Part shown: piece by piece, positions 1-9,779 of the stretch | How positions within the stretch are numbered: the stretch's first letter is position 1 | Layout: each line of letters opens with the position of its first letter | Origin: an uncultured Sediminicola sp. | Lineage (GTDB): Bacteria > Bacteroidota > Bacteroidia > Flavobacteriales > Flavobacteriaceae | Direction: 5' to 3' | Length of the DNA: 64,000 bases | Assembly: GCA_963974715.1 (NCBI GenBank) | Contig: CAXBDK010000010.1 | Span: 128,067-192,066, forward strand | Program-made: the position numbers and the translations under genes | Notes under the pieces: generated by a model | Seen by the model: only the letters and a program-made list of their open reading frames with translations | What the model was told of the DNA's origin: nothing | Database searches by the model: none

Positions 1-806
1 AAAACCTGCGGTACCCATCCATTTTCCTTGGGAGGGTAGAGGTGAAGTGCACGTTGATATTCCCCTTTTGCCAATTGAGCCCTCTTTATATTGTCCCCAT
101 CGGCCTTGTTGATGACAATGGCATCGGCCATTTCCACAATGCCCCTTTTAATGCCCTGTAATTCGTCCCCCGCACCTGCCAGTTGGAGCAGTAGAAAGAA
201 ATCCACCATTCCGTGAACGGCCGTTTCGCTCTGTCCGACCCCCACCGTTTCTATCAAGATCACTTCGTATGAAGCGGCCTCGCAAAGGATGATCGACTCC
301 CTGGTTTTCCGTGCGACCCCTCCAATGGATGTCCCGGATGGAGAAGGACGGATAAAGACATCGGGATTTTTTACCAGTTCCTGCATCCTTGTCTTATCCC
401 CTAAAATGCTGCCCTTGCTGATACTGCTACTGGGATCTACCGCCAAAACGGCCAATTTTTTTCCAAGGGAAATGAGGTGGCCGCCAAAACTTTCAATGAA
501 CGAGCTTTTGCCCACTCCCGGTACCCCTGTAATCCCGATGCGTATGCTTTGTGTGGAATGTGAAAGACATTGGTCAATAATATCGTTGGCCTGTTGGCTA
601 TGGTCCGGATTGGTGCTTTCCACCAAGGTAATGGCCTGTGCAAGGGCTGTTTTATTGCCTTCCAGAATTCCCTTTATAAGTTCTTGGGTGGAAGGTGTTT
701 TCTTTCGGAGGGATCGGACCTTCTGCCTGGCCCCCTCGCTCAAGGAAGGGGGGTCCGTTAGATTACGGAGCTGCTTTAAGGTGGGTTTGTTTTTAGGGGA
801 TTTCAA
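1..806 (-). CDS. meaB: Methylmalonyl-CoA mutase-associated GTPase MeaB/ArgK (3' end runs off the window)
   Basis: Manual minus-strand translation from TTG at 806 gives GITGVPGVGKS (Walker A), VLAVDPSS, ILIETVGVGQSE and GAGDELQGIKRGIVEMAD. Absent from the ORF track, probably because its stop lies outside the window. Confidence 0.92.
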   Translation of the reverse strand, partial: MKSPKNKPTLKQLRNLTDPPSLSEGARQKVRSLRKKTPSTQELIKGILEGNKTALAQAITLVESTNPDHSQQANDIIDQCLSHSTQSIRIGITGVPGVGKSSFIESFGGHLISLGKKLAVLAVDPSSSISKGSILGDKTRMQELVKNPDVFIRPSPSGTSIGGVARKTRESIILCEAASYEVILIETVGVGQSETAVHGMVDFFLLLQLAGAGDELQGIKRGIVEMADAIVINKADGDNIKRAQLAKGEYQRALHLYPPKENGWVPQV

Positions 807-1042
807 TCACGTTCCTGTTTATGGGTAAATTTTTTTCCATGGTGCAATTTTGGGCCGAGGTAATGCACCCCGTTCCGTCCGAAAAAATCCCCGATTCTTA
901 AGTTGCGAAACCTTTGCCAATAGGTAAACGCCCACTTATTTCACACAAATTTAATAATTCATTTTATGCCATTCCATTTTCAAGTGGTATTTTGAGCAAA
1001 ACAATCGGGAATCTGTGATCAGGCCCATAAACATAGCGTTAT

Positions 1043-1471
1043 ATGAAGACTATTTTTGAGACCAGCGCCACCAATGAAGGAGGTAGGAACGGACATGTTA
1101 GCAGTGAGGACGGAGTTCTGGACCTGGATGTCAGGATGCCTGACGGTACGGACAATATAACGGGAAAATATACGAATCCCGAGCAACTTTTTGCAGCTGC
1201 CTATTCCACTTGCTTTGCCGGTGCACTCCAGGTCGTTGCCAAAGAACAAAATGTGGATGATCTGGGCGACTTCAGCGTCACCGCTACCATTGCCTTTCAA
1301 AAGGATAGTGATGGATTTCATCTGGAGGCTACCCTGGACTGTTACCTGCCCACCTTGGACAGTGAAAAAGGGGAGGAACTGGTCAATGCCGCACATGAAA
1401 TCTGTCCCTATAGTAAAGCTACCAGGGACAATATTACGGTACACCTGAACCTTTTGATGGACGAAGAGTAG
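1043..1471 (+). CDS. ohr: Organic hydroperoxide resistance protein (Ohr/OsmC family)
   Basis: NPEQLFAAAYSTCF and AHEICPYS, the two catalytic Cys motifs; 142 aa. Confidence 0.93.
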   Translation: MKTIFETSATNEGGRNGHVSSEDGVLDLDVRMPDGTDNITGKYTNPEQLFAAAYSTCFAGALQVVAKEQNVDDLGDFSVTATIAFQKDSDGFHLEATLDCYLPTLDSEKGEELVNAAHEICPYSKATRDNITVHLNLLMDEE

Positions 1472-1502
1472 TTTTGGTATACGACAAATAATATCTGTTT
1501 GT

Positions 1503-1540
1503 AAAAAATGGCCCCGGATTCCTTTCCGGGGCCATTTTTA
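1503..1540. terminator. Bidirectional intrinsic terminator between ohr and galM
   Basis: AAAAATGGCCCCGGA-loop-TCCGGGGCCATTTTT, with A- and T-tracts on both sides. Confidence 0.85.
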
Positions 1541-2440
1541 AATCGTTCCGAATAGGAAGGTCGATTCGTTTTTATACCGCTCCCCCGGACGTAGGACGCT
1601 CGAGGGAAATTCTGGGTAGTTGGGGGCGTCGGCAAAATTCTCCGTTTCAAAACAAATGGCCGGGAAACGGGGAGGGGTGTATATGATCACTGCGGGCTGG
1701 TTTGTTAGCACTTCCATGGAAATCCCGGAAACGGGAGAGGAAACATAGGCCGACGTGCCACGGGCATCCAGTACAAATGCAGCGTCCAATCGTACGTCCC
1801 CAATTTTCTTTTCCACCGTAAAATCTTGGGTCGTACCCTCTACCGCCGCAATCCTACCGGTGGGCAACAAACGTTCGTCAAATTCCTGTATTCCTTTGCT
1901 ATAAAGTCTCAGGTTATATTGTGCTATACTGGGTTCGGCATCCAGTTTAAAATAGGAATGGTTGGTAAGGTTTACCACCGTTGGCCTATCCGTAACGGCA
2001 CTGTGCAGCATCTGTAATGAATTCCCCACCAGTTTATAGGTAACCATGGCCATAAGAATGCCAGGATAACCTTCTTCCAAATGATCGCTCCTATAGGATA
2101 GGGAAACAAAAGGATCCTCCCCCTCGTTCACTTCTTCAACCTTCCAGTATTTTTTGCCAAAACCTTCACCACCCCCATGAAGGTGTACGCCATCTTTCGT
2201 GGCCAGGTCATATCGTTGGCCATCCAAGGTAAACCCCCCCCCCGAAATCCTTCCCGCATAACGACCTATACAGGCCCCAAGGTAAAAAGGGTCCGTCAAA
2301 TATGCATGGGGATCTTCATGGCCGACCACTATATTAAAGGGAATACCCTTTTTGTCCTTTACCCATAATTCCTGAATGATGGCCCCATAATCCAGTACGG
2401 ATATGGTAAGATGCCCATTTGTGATCTTTATCTGTTCCAA
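1538..2440 (-). CDS. galM: Aldose 1-epimerase (galactose mutarotase family)
   Basis: GACIGRYAGRI, HLHGG, NLTNHSYF and CFETEN motifs; TTG start. Confidence 0.9.
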   Translation of the reverse strand: MEQIKITNGHLTISVLDYGAIIQELWVKDKKGIPFNIVVGHEDPHAYLTDPFYLGACIGRYAGRISGGGFTLDGQRYDLATKDGVHLHGGGEGFGKKYWKVEEVNEGEDPFVSLSYRSDHLEEGYPGILMAMVTYKLVGNSLQMLHSAVTDRPTVVNLTNHSYFKLDAEPSIAQYNLRLYSKGIQEFDERLLPTGRIAAVEGTTQDFTVEKKIGDVRLDAAFVLDARGTSAYVSSPVSGISMEVLTNQPAVIIYTPPRFPAICFETENFADAPNYPEFPSSVLRPGERYKNESTFLFGTI

Positions 2441-2574
2441 TTTTTGTTTTTTAAGATGCTACCCGTACCCTTTATTCCCTTCCCTTTTCATCCAATCAGC
2501 TCACTGATCTGTTTTCCAAAAATCAAACGGACTTAGCGATGTGAAACGGGACTTGTGTAAAAATAAAGGTTTTT

Positions 2575-2600
2575 TGCAACATTCGAATATTTCTTCCGTC
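2575..2600 (+). promoter_or_regulatory. Putative ECF-sigma-dependent (autoregulatory) promoter
   Basis: TGCAAC (2575-2580), 16-nt spacer, CGTC (2597-2600), about 45 nt upstream of the sigma ATG. Fits the AAC/CGT ECF consensus. Confidence 0.55.
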
Positions 2601-2645
2601 CTTAGGATAACGAACAACTGTAACCAAAGAAGGAAACTGGCCAAA

Positions 2646-3194
2646 ATGTTTCAGATCGATGTTGTAGCACAATGCAAAGCGAACGACCGTAGGGCCCAAA
2701 TGGCGCTTTACAAACAGTACTGTGATGGGATGTTCAGGGTTGCGCTCCGTTTTCTGAAAAACACGGACGATGCGGAAGACGTTCTGCAGGAATCCTTTAT
2801 AAAAGCTTTTCAGAAAATCCATCAATATAAGGGCGAGGTAACCTTTGGTGCTTGGTTGAAGCGCATTGTGGTAAATAAATGTATCGATTTTCTCAAGTCC
2901 AAGCATCAGAACCATGTTGAACTTTCGGAACACCACCATATTCCTATGGTAGGGGAGGAGAACGATTGGACAGTGGAGGATACCATCACCATGGACGAAG
3001 TAAGGGAAGAGATCTTAAGACTTCCGGAAAAATACAGCTATGTGGTCCTGCTGTTTTTATTGGAAGGGTACGACCACAGCGAAATTTCCGGTATCCTGGA
3101 CATTTCCGAAACCAGCTGTAGGACCCGGTTGTTGCGGGGCAAGGGGTACTTAAAGGAATCATTAAAAAATCGGAAAAATGGCGCAAGACCTTAG
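2646..3194 (+). CDS. ECF RNA polymerase sigma factor
   Basis: Region 2 (DAEDVLQESFIKAF, AWLKRIVVNKCIDF) and region 4 (YDHSEISGILDISETSCRTRLLRG). ATG 2646 preferred over the track start at 2541. Confidence 0.9.
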   Translation: MFQIDVVAQCKANDRRAQMALYKQYCDGMFRVALRFLKNTDDAEDVLQESFIKAFQKIHQYKGEVTFGAWLKRIVVNKCIDFLKSKHQNHVELSEHHHIPMVGEENDWTVEDTITMDEVREEILRLPEKYSYVVLLFLLEGYDHSEISGILDISETSCRTRLLRGKGYLKESLKNRKNGARP

Positions 3195-3759
3195 AAAATT
3201 ATATAGGGAGACGGACAGGTCCGAACCCTCTTTAAAGGAAGGGCATGAGCAACGCTTTAAGGAGCGGCTGGAGCGGGAATTCCCGGGTCGAAAGAAAAGA
3301 TCGGCTTCCCTGATATGGAAAATGGCAGCATGTTTGCTCGTCCTTGTATCCACTGGAATTTTCCTAATGGACCGTAACCGAGACGGGGAAATTCAAGGAA
3401 CTGTGGATAGGGATCCGATCCCGGCATTTGAGGGGAACATCACGTTGGGGGATCTTTCGCCCGATCTGAAAAAGTTGGAAAATTATTATACGACCAGTAT
3501 AAACCTTGCCCTCTCCCAATTGGAGATTTCCGATGTAAACAAGGCAATGGTGGACAGTTACATCGCCCATTTGGCCGAACTGGATACCGAATACAAGGAA
3601 TTGAACGCCGAACTGAACACCTTGGGCCCCAATGACCAGACCATAACGGCCATGATCAAAAATTTACAGCTTCGGTTACAGTTGTTGCACAAATTAAAGG
3701 AGAAGGTAAACGAACTAAAAAAAATAAACGATGAGCACATTCGAAAAAATACCATTTAA
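3178..3759 (+). CDS. Putative anti-sigma factor, single TM plus helical periplasmic domain
   Basis: Overlaps the sigma stop. N-terminal GHEQRFKERL, one TM (WKMAACLLVLVSTGIFL), coiled-coil C-terminus. Confidence 0.7.
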   Translation: MAQDLRKLYRETDRSEPSLKEGHEQRFKERLEREFPGRKKRSASLIWKMAACLLVLVSTGIFLMDRNRDGEIQGTVDRDPIPAFEGNITLGDLSPDLKKLENYYTTSINLALSQLEISDVNKAMVDSYIAHLAELDTEYKELNAELNTLGPNDQTITAMIKNLQLRLQLLHKLKEKVNELKKINDEHIRKNTI

Positions 3760-5173
3760 GGGAATCATGACCGTACTTTTTTGCCTATTTGTCCATATGG
3801 CAAATTCCCAGAAGACAAAGACCTATAAAGAGACCTTTACCATAGATCCGGATGCGGTACTGGACATAAACACCAGTCAAGCCGATATTGTTTTCGAGAC
3901 ATGGGACAAAGGACAAGTACAGATAGAGGCGACCATCACCGTGGAGGGAGTTTCGGATACAGAGGCAGAAAAATATTTGAAGTCGAACGGAATGGACATA
4001 ATGGGCAACAGCAAATTGGTAAAGGTACGTACGGGATCGAAAGGTAGTTGGGCGGGACCACATGATCTGGAGGCCTTACGGAATTTGGATATTTCCCTGC
4101 CCCCTATGCCCTCGATCGACAGTCTATTTTTTAGCATACCCAATTTACCGGCCTTGATAGAAATGCCTCCCATGCCCCCGGTCCCCTCGCCTTCAATGAA
4201 AGGGTTCGATTATGCCACTTATAAAAAAGAGGGGGAGAAATACATGGAAAAATGGCAGAAAGAATTCAGCAAGGGGTTTGATAAGGATTATGAAAGGAAA
4301 ATGGAGGAATGGGGAAAACAAATGGAGGAAAAGGCAAAGGAAATGGCCGCCAAACAGCAGCGAAATATGGAAAAGCTGAATAGACAAAGGAACCTTCAGG
4401 AGCAGTCCCTGCACGATGCACAGCGCAGAAATAGGGAAGCCATGGAAGAAGCAAGAAGCTACACCTACCATATGCGGGATTCCCTTAAGGGCAGGGCCCA
4501 TATGTCCGACAGCCTTTCCGGCCACTTCCCGCCTACCATTTATTGGTCGTCGCCAGCGGGAGAAAAAAGTATCAAGGTAAAAAGGGTCATCAAGATCAAA
4601 ATGCCGAAATCGACAAAAATTAAGATGAACGTACGTCACGGGGAGGTACAACTGGCCGAAAACACAAAAAACATGAATGCGACCCTATCCTATGCCCGGC
4701 TAAATGGAAACAATATAGAGGGGGTGGGCACCAATATTTCTGTATCCTATTCTCCCGTGTCCGTACTAAAATGGAACTATGGAAAATTAAAGACCTCCTA
4801 TTCGGAGCAAGTAGACCTTAAAGAGGTTGGAAACTTGGACCTTCATTCCACTTCTTCCAATATTTCCATAGGCCATTTACGAAATGAGGCCAAGGTGGTA
4901 AACAGGTTCGGTCACCTTACCATCCAAAAAATTTCTAATGATTTTAAAGATATCCATATTGATCTGGAGAATTCGGAACTTCAGTGCAACTTGCCCGAAA
5001 GCGCCTTCAATTGCAAGGTGAACAGCGAATTTTCCGACGTCAAATACCCTGCGGACCTGCATTTGGATACCGTAAAGGGCCATAACGGACAACAGGACGG
5101 CTATCATCTCTCCAAAGGAAGCGATAGGGACCTGGTCCTTGTTGCAAAATATAGCGATGTGGTGTTAAAATGA
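3731..5173 (+). CDS. Secreted DUF4097/adhesin-like beta-solenoid protein with Pro-rich and coiled-coil linker
   Basis: Signal peptide, TYKETFTIDPDAVLDINTSQADIVFETWDK N-terminus, PPMPPVPSP linker, repetitive beta C-terminus; overlaps the upstream gene. Confidence 0.65.
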   Translation: MSTFEKIPFKGIMTVLFCLFVHMANSQKTKTYKETFTIDPDAVLDINTSQADIVFETWDKGQVQIEATITVEGVSDTEAEKYLKSNGMDIMGNSKLVKVRTGSKGSWAGPHDLEALRNLDISLPPMPSIDSLFFSIPNLPALIEMPPMPPVPSPSMKGFDYATYKKEGEKYMEKWQKEFSKGFDKDYERKMEEWGKQMEEKAKEMAAKQQRNMEKLNRQRNLQEQSLHDAQRRNREAMEEARSYTYHMRDSLKGRAHMSDSLSGHFPPTIYWSSPAGEKSIKVKRVIKIKMPKSTKIKMNVRHGEVQLAENTKNMNATLSYARLNGNNIEGVGTNISVSYSPVSVLKWNYGKLKTSYSEQVDLKEVGNLDLHSTSSNISIGHLRNEAKVVNRFGHLTIQKISNDFKDIHIDLENSELQCNLPESAFNCKVNSEFSDVKYPADLHLDTVKGHNGQQDGYHLSKGSDRDLVLVAKYSDVVLK

Positions 5174-5908
5174 CCGATCCAGTAACAGGATCGTCCCGAA
5201 AGCATCGGCATTTCGGTTTACCTCGTCCTTATCCTCACCATGAACATAGACTGAACCGATAAAATTCTCCTGTTCGTCACTTTTATCGTTGTCGCTATAG
5301 GCCAGGGCAAATCCCAGCTTTTTTCCCGCGGTCAGTTTATCGACTTTCGGTTGGGTACCATCCCTTGATGGAGCTTGGTAAGATCTGACCGCTATTTCCC
5401 AGGTGCCGGTTGTTGCATTGGTGGTTTTGGCAACGCTGATATGGTCATTGTATAGAGCTGGTTTCCCATCGGCGCCAAGACCCGTTACATTCCCATCCAG
5501 CCCTATATGATAAGCAAGGGCATTGGTTCCCTGCCCATATTTTCCACCTGAATTATCGGGATCCAAGAATACGATCAGGGCATCGTTGTCCCACCAATGT
5601 TCCAAGAGGTCTTCGTATGGATGGTAAAGTACATCATCCACGATCTCGACCAGGATATAAAGGTGGTTTTCATCCCAACTGAGTTTGTACCTGCCACTAA
5701 AGTCTTTATGGGAATAGGCATTTCCGGACCAGATCTGGTCCAGCTTCCTCCAAGGGGTCCTGTTCCAACAATCGTCGGTGGCCTTACCGTCCACTCGAGG
5801 GCCCTTGGCGGTCTTGCCCACCTCGATGATCTGATGATCCTCCTTTTTATGGGAAGTACAGTTCCCGAAAAGGAATATGCCACAAAGGGCCAAAAACAGT
5901 TTTTTCAT
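5165..5908 (-). CDS. CBM9-like sugar-binding domain protein, probable lipoprotein
   Basis: PRVDGKATDDCW, SWDENHLYILVEIVDD, WWDNDALIVFLDPDN and GFALAYSDND patterns; lipobox-like FGNC. Confidence 0.75.
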   Translation of the reverse strand: MKKLFLALCGIFLFGNCTSHKKEDHQIIEVGKTAKGPRVDGKATDDCWNRTPWRKLDQIWSGNAYSHKDFSGRYKLSWDENHLYILVEIVDDVLYHPYEDLLEHWWDNDALIVFLDPDNSGGKYGQGTNALAYHIGLDGNVTGLGADGKPALYNDHISVAKTTNATTGTWEIAVRSYQAPSRDGTQPKVDKLTAGKKLGFALAYSDNDKSDEQENFIGSVYVHGEDKDEVNRNADAFGTILLLDRSF

Positions 5909-5952
5909 TTCTCGAAGATACTATTTTCAGCCTAAAGTAGTAAAATTCTTAT

Positions 5953-6618
5953 TTAATGGGCCTCCGATTTTAAAAGTTCGGGAAATTTTTTCTGAAATCT
6001 CTTTAGTCTTGGAACGGAAACACCAAGGACATATGGATTGTTGGGATTGTTTTTTTCATAGTCCTGGTGATAGTCCTCCGCATCATAAAATTTGGAAAAT
6101 GGAACTACTTGGGTCACTATGGGGTTGGGATAGGTTTTTTTGGCTTGCAGTTGGGCCATATGGTCCGTAATAATTTTTTTCTCTTGATCGTTCTTGTAAA
6201 ACGCTATGGAACGGTATTGGGCCCCATGGTCTGGCCCCTGCCTGTTCAGGGTGGTAGGGTCGTGGGATCCAAAAAAAACGGTCACCAGGGTCGCAAAGGA
6301 AACCACCTTGGGATCATAGTAGACCTTTACGGCTTCCGCATGTGATGTAAGTCCCCGTCCTACCTGTTCATAGGTAGGGTTTTTTTCGGTCCCCCCCGAA
6401 TAGCCGGAGACTACTTCGGCAACACCTTTTACGCTCTCAAAAATTGCTTCCACGCACCAAAAGCAGCCACTTGCAAAATAGGCCGTTTCCATCTTGTCCA
6501 AATCCTGCTGTGCGGTACGCTCGGCGGTAACGGGGGATAGCCTTTCTTTGTTCTTCGATAGGCAACCGCTGCTTATAAGGGTGAACATCAAAATAAATAG
6601 AATCTTGCTGGATCTCAT
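5953..6618 (-). CDS. msrA: Peptide-methionine (S)-S-oxide reductase with lipoprotein signal
   Basis: GCFWCVE, GYSGG, HDPTTLNRQGPDHGAQYRS and AEDYHQDY; ISSGC lipobox. Confidence 0.96.
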   Translation of the reverse strand: MRSSKILFILMFTLISSGCLSKNKERLSPVTAERTAQQDLDKMETAYFASGCFWCVEAIFESVKGVAEVVSGYSGGTEKNPTYEQVGRGLTSHAEAVKVYYDPKVVSFATLVTVFFGSHDPTTLNRQGPDHGAQYRSIAFYKNDQEKKIITDHMAQLQAKKTYPNPIVTQVVPFSKFYDAEDYHQDYEKNNPNNPYVLGVSVPRLKRFQKKFPELLKSEAH

Positions 6619-6732
6619 CTGTATTTTTTTTTCTTAGTACCCAATAATTTAGGATACTTACGAAAAAGGGGGCAAAAAGTTCTAATTTCATCAATTTGTC
6701 CTAGTGGAGCCGATGCATTAAGGTTTTCAACC

Positions 6733-6740
6733 TATATTTG
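6733..6740 (+). promoter_or_regulatory. Bacteroidota -7 promoter element for the M28 peptidase
   Basis: TATATTTG matches TAnnTTTG. Confidence 0.5.
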
Positions 6741-6806
6741 GTACAAGTAGCAGTAACCAACGTTCGGGGAACCGACCAATCTCCCGATTACCAAACAACA
6801 ATATCT

Positions 6807-8903
6807 ATGAAAAATTTTTTACAATGTGCATATCTGTGTGCAGGTTTATTTTCCATGGCGCAAGGCCAGGATGGGTTTATGGGGAAATCCCTTGATGGGG
6901 AAAGGGAAGTTGAACGCTCTTTTTTGGAGTCGGTGGACCTTACCTCCTTTGAGCAACATTTAAAACGGCTCACCGAAAAGCCACATATCGCCGGGAGTAT
7001 TGAAAATGAGGCGGTAAGGGATTACATGGCAAAGGTGATGGAAAAAGCGGGAATGACCGTAAAATTATATCCGTACGACCTTTATATGTCAAAAAATCCA
7101 GGTACCTCCCTTATAGAGATCATCTCCCCCAAAGCCGAGGTTTTGGACCAAAAGGAAAAAGCATTGGAAGAAGACCCCTTTTCTTCGGACCCAGGTCTGT
7201 TGAAGGGATGGAACGCTTATTCCGGAAGTGGGGACGTAACAGCGGAAATCGTGTACGCCAATTATGGGACCAAGGAAGATTTTGAACGATTGAAAGAACT
7301 TGGTATTTCCGTACAGGGAAAAATCGTACTTGCACGATATGGCCAGAATTTTAGGGGATACAAGGCTAAATTTGCGGAGGAGAACGGGGCCGCTGGACTG
7401 ATCATCTATACGGATCCGTTGGATAGTGGATATGCCAAGGGACTTGTTTACCCGGAAGGGGTCTATTATAATGAAACTGCCATTCAAAGGGGGTCGGTGC
7501 TTACGGAAGATTTTACGGGTGATCCACTTACACCATTTGAACCAGCGCTGCCCATGGACGGAAAAATAAAGGTGAAACGTTTGGACCCCAAGGAAACCAA
7601 GATGCATACCATTCCCGTAACCCCCATGGGATACGGTGCTGCAGCAAAGATAATTGGACAGATGCGGGGCGTAGCGGTTCCCCAAGGTTGGCAGGGCGGA
7701 CTTCCCTATACCTACCGATTGGAAGGTGGCGAAGGCTTAAAAGTGCGCCTAATGGTTGATCAAAAAAGGGATTTTGTACGTGCGTACAATGTGGTGGGGA
7801 CCTTTAAGGGAACCGAATTTCCCGACGAATGGATCGTATTGGGATGTCATTATGATGCCTGGGGATTTGGGGCCACGGATCCCAATAGTGGTACTGCCAT
7901 GCTTTTGGGGCTGAGCGAGACCCTTGGAAAATTGGTAGGGGAAGGAAAGGGGCCCAAGCGATCTGTCCTGATTGCCCATTGGGATGCTGAAGAACACGGG
8001 GTAATCGGTTCTACCGAATGGGTAGAGCAGATGAAAGCAGATCTTGGGGCCAAAGCAGTGGCCTACCTCAATTTTGACGGGGGCGTTTCGGGCACCAATT
8101 TTGGTGCCGCTGCATCCCCTACCTTAAAGAAGTTATTGTTGGAGGCATCCAGGGAAGTCTCTTATCCCGGCACCGAGAAGACCGTGTATGACGTATGGAA
8201 AGGGGATAAGGAGACCCCGATTATCGGTAACTTGGGGGGCGGTTCCGATCATATCGGTTTTTATATGCACGTTGGTGTTCCGTCCCTTAGTGGTGGCACC
8301 TCCGGACCTACCCTCTACCACACCAATTACGACACTTTTAAGTTCTATGGGGAATATGTGGATCCCACTTTTAAAATGGGCCCAATGGTGGAACAGGTAG
8401 TGGGCATCATGACGCTTCGACTGGCCAATGCGGAAATCATACCGTACGATGTTATGAAGTATGCTACCGATATGAAAGGACATTTTAAAAATGTGGAGGA
8501 AAAAGTAAGGGGATATAATAAAGACTTTTCAGGATTTGCAAAGGTGGATGCATCTTTGGACATTTTGGAGCAAAAGACCGGCCAATTCAATAGCGCACTT
8601 CAACGCGTGCTCGATTCCAATAAACTTTCAAAAAAAGAAATTCGTTCCATAAACCAACAATTACTGGCTTTGGAAAAGAGTTTTATCGATGATAAGGGCA
8701 TGTACTATGGGTCTTGGTACAGATCCCTCTACGCTTCAACGGATCCCTTTAGCGGATATGCCTCTTGGGTGCTGCCCGGAATTGAATATGAAGTTTCGTT
8801 GAAATCAAGTGATAGGCTTCAGGAGTGGGATGAGCGATATAGTAATGCCATTGGTTCCTTGGCCGCAAAAATTGACGGGTTGTTGGAACAAATTGGGGAG
8901 TAG
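6807..8903 (+). CDS. M28 family peptidase (glutamate carboxypeptidase II/transferrin-receptor-like)
   Basis: PA domain (YANYGTKEDF), GCHYDAWGFGATDPNSG, HWDAEEHG, GSDH and a C-terminal TfR dimerisation-like domain. ATG 6807 gives a signal peptide. Confidence 0.9.
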   Translation: MKNFLQCAYLCAGLFSMAQGQDGFMGKSLDGEREVERSFLESVDLTSFEQHLKRLTEKPHIAGSIENEAVRDYMAKVMEKAGMTVKLYPYDLYMSKNPGTSLIEIISPKAEVLDQKEKALEEDPFSSDPGLLKGWNAYSGSGDVTAEIVYANYGTKEDFERLKELGISVQGKIVLARYGQNFRGYKAKFAEENGAAGLIIYTDPLDSGYAKGLVYPEGVYYNETAIQRGSVLTEDFTGDPLTPFEPALPMDGKIKVKRLDPKETKMHTIPVTPMGYGAAAKIIGQMRGVAVPQGWQGGLPYTYRLEGGEGLKVRLMVDQKRDFVRAYNVVGTFKGTEFPDEWIVLGCHYDAWGFGATDPNSGTAMLLGLSETLGKLVGEGKGPKRSVLIAHWDAEEHGVIGSTEWVEQMKADLGAKAVAYLNFDGGVSGTNFGAAASPTLKKLLLEASREVSYPGTEKTVYDVWKGDKETPIIGNLGGGSDHIGFYMHVGVPSLSGGTSGPTLYHTNYDTFKFYGEYVDPTFKMGPMVEQVVGIMTLRLANAEIIPYDVMKYATDMKGHFKNVEEKVRGYNKDFSGFAKVDASLDILEQKTGQFNSALQRVLDSNKLSKKEIRSINQQLLALEKSFIDDKGMYYGSWYRSLYASTDPFSGYASWVLPGIEYEVSLKSSDRLQEWDERYSNAIGSLAAKIDGLLEQIGE

Positions 8904-8912
8904 CTACAAAGT

Positions 8913-9596
8913 ATGGATATGGAACATCGACTGTTACGGCTGCTATCCGACCAAATTTCCGAGACGACTTCCATCTTGGGCAACCTACCTTTACGTTCTT
9001 ACGTTCCTGTGGATCTTTCGGTCCATAACGGTTCATTGGACCAAACCGATATTTCGGATCCGATGGAATGTAAATCGTTTTTGGAATCCGTGCTGGCCGG
9101 GACAGATGGCCTGGTAGCTTATGGAGGCTATCTGGAACAGCGTAAACTATATGCCCGGAACCTTCATTTTACCGCAAAGGAATCTGTACGGGATATTCAT
9201 TTGGGGATGGATTTTTGGGCAAGGGAAGGGACGGAAGTAGTAGTTCCCTTTGAGGGCAAAGTGCACAGTTTTCGGAACAACGCCACCCTTGGGGATTACG
9301 GCCCCACCATCATTCTGGAGCATATGATCGGTGAGGAACGGTTCCATACCTTGTACGGGCATCTGTCCATCGAATCGCTACAGGGGCTTTACAGGGGAAA
9401 AGGATTTAAAAAGGGAGATCGCTTGGGGTTTTTGGGCACCACCGACATCAATGTAAACTATGCTCCCCACCTTCATTTTCAGATCGTAGTGGACCTTCAG
9501 GGAAAGAGTGGCGATTATCCCGGTGTATGTGCCATGGAACATTTGGGTTTTTATGCCCATAATTCTCCAGATCCCAATCTGCTGCTCAAAATGTAG
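8913..9596 (+). CDS. M23 family peptidase-like protein without a signal peptide
   Basis: HLGMD (HxxxD), HTLYGHL and PHLHFQ (HxH) motifs. Confidence 0.88.
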   Translation: MDMEHRLLRLLSDQISETTSILGNLPLRSYVPVDLSVHNGSLDQTDISDPMECKSFLESVLAGTDGLVAYGGYLEQRKLYARNLHFTAKESVRDIHLGMDFWAREGTEVVVPFEGKVHSFRNNATLGDYGPTIILEHMIGEERFHTLYGHLSIESLQGLYRGKGFKKGDRLGFLGTTDINVNYAPHLHFQIVVDLQGKSGDYPGVCAMEHLGFYAHNSPDPNLLLKM

Positions 9597-9625
9597 TTTA
9601 GGAATATCGATTATCTGCATACTAT

Positions 9626-9671
9626 TCCGATAAGTGTTTTTGGCCCCAAAATCAGTTATCGGATTTTTTTT
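9626..9671 (+). terminator. Intrinsic terminator of the M28-M23 unit (duplicated at 10431-10476)
   Basis: TCCGATAA...TTATCGGA stem with an inner TTTGG/CCAAA stem, followed by T8. Confidence 0.65.
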
Positions 9672-9779
9672 GCCCTTTGGCGAACATATCGTCGGATACC
9701 GAAAATTAAGGGTTGTTGGGCGAGAATGATGGAGGTGGGCTATGCACCGGTACTAATTTTACATCAGAAAACAAAACTG

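Noticed and set aside
289-828. 179-aa + strand ORF
   Set aside because: Antisense shadow of meaB, with no recognisable motifs.
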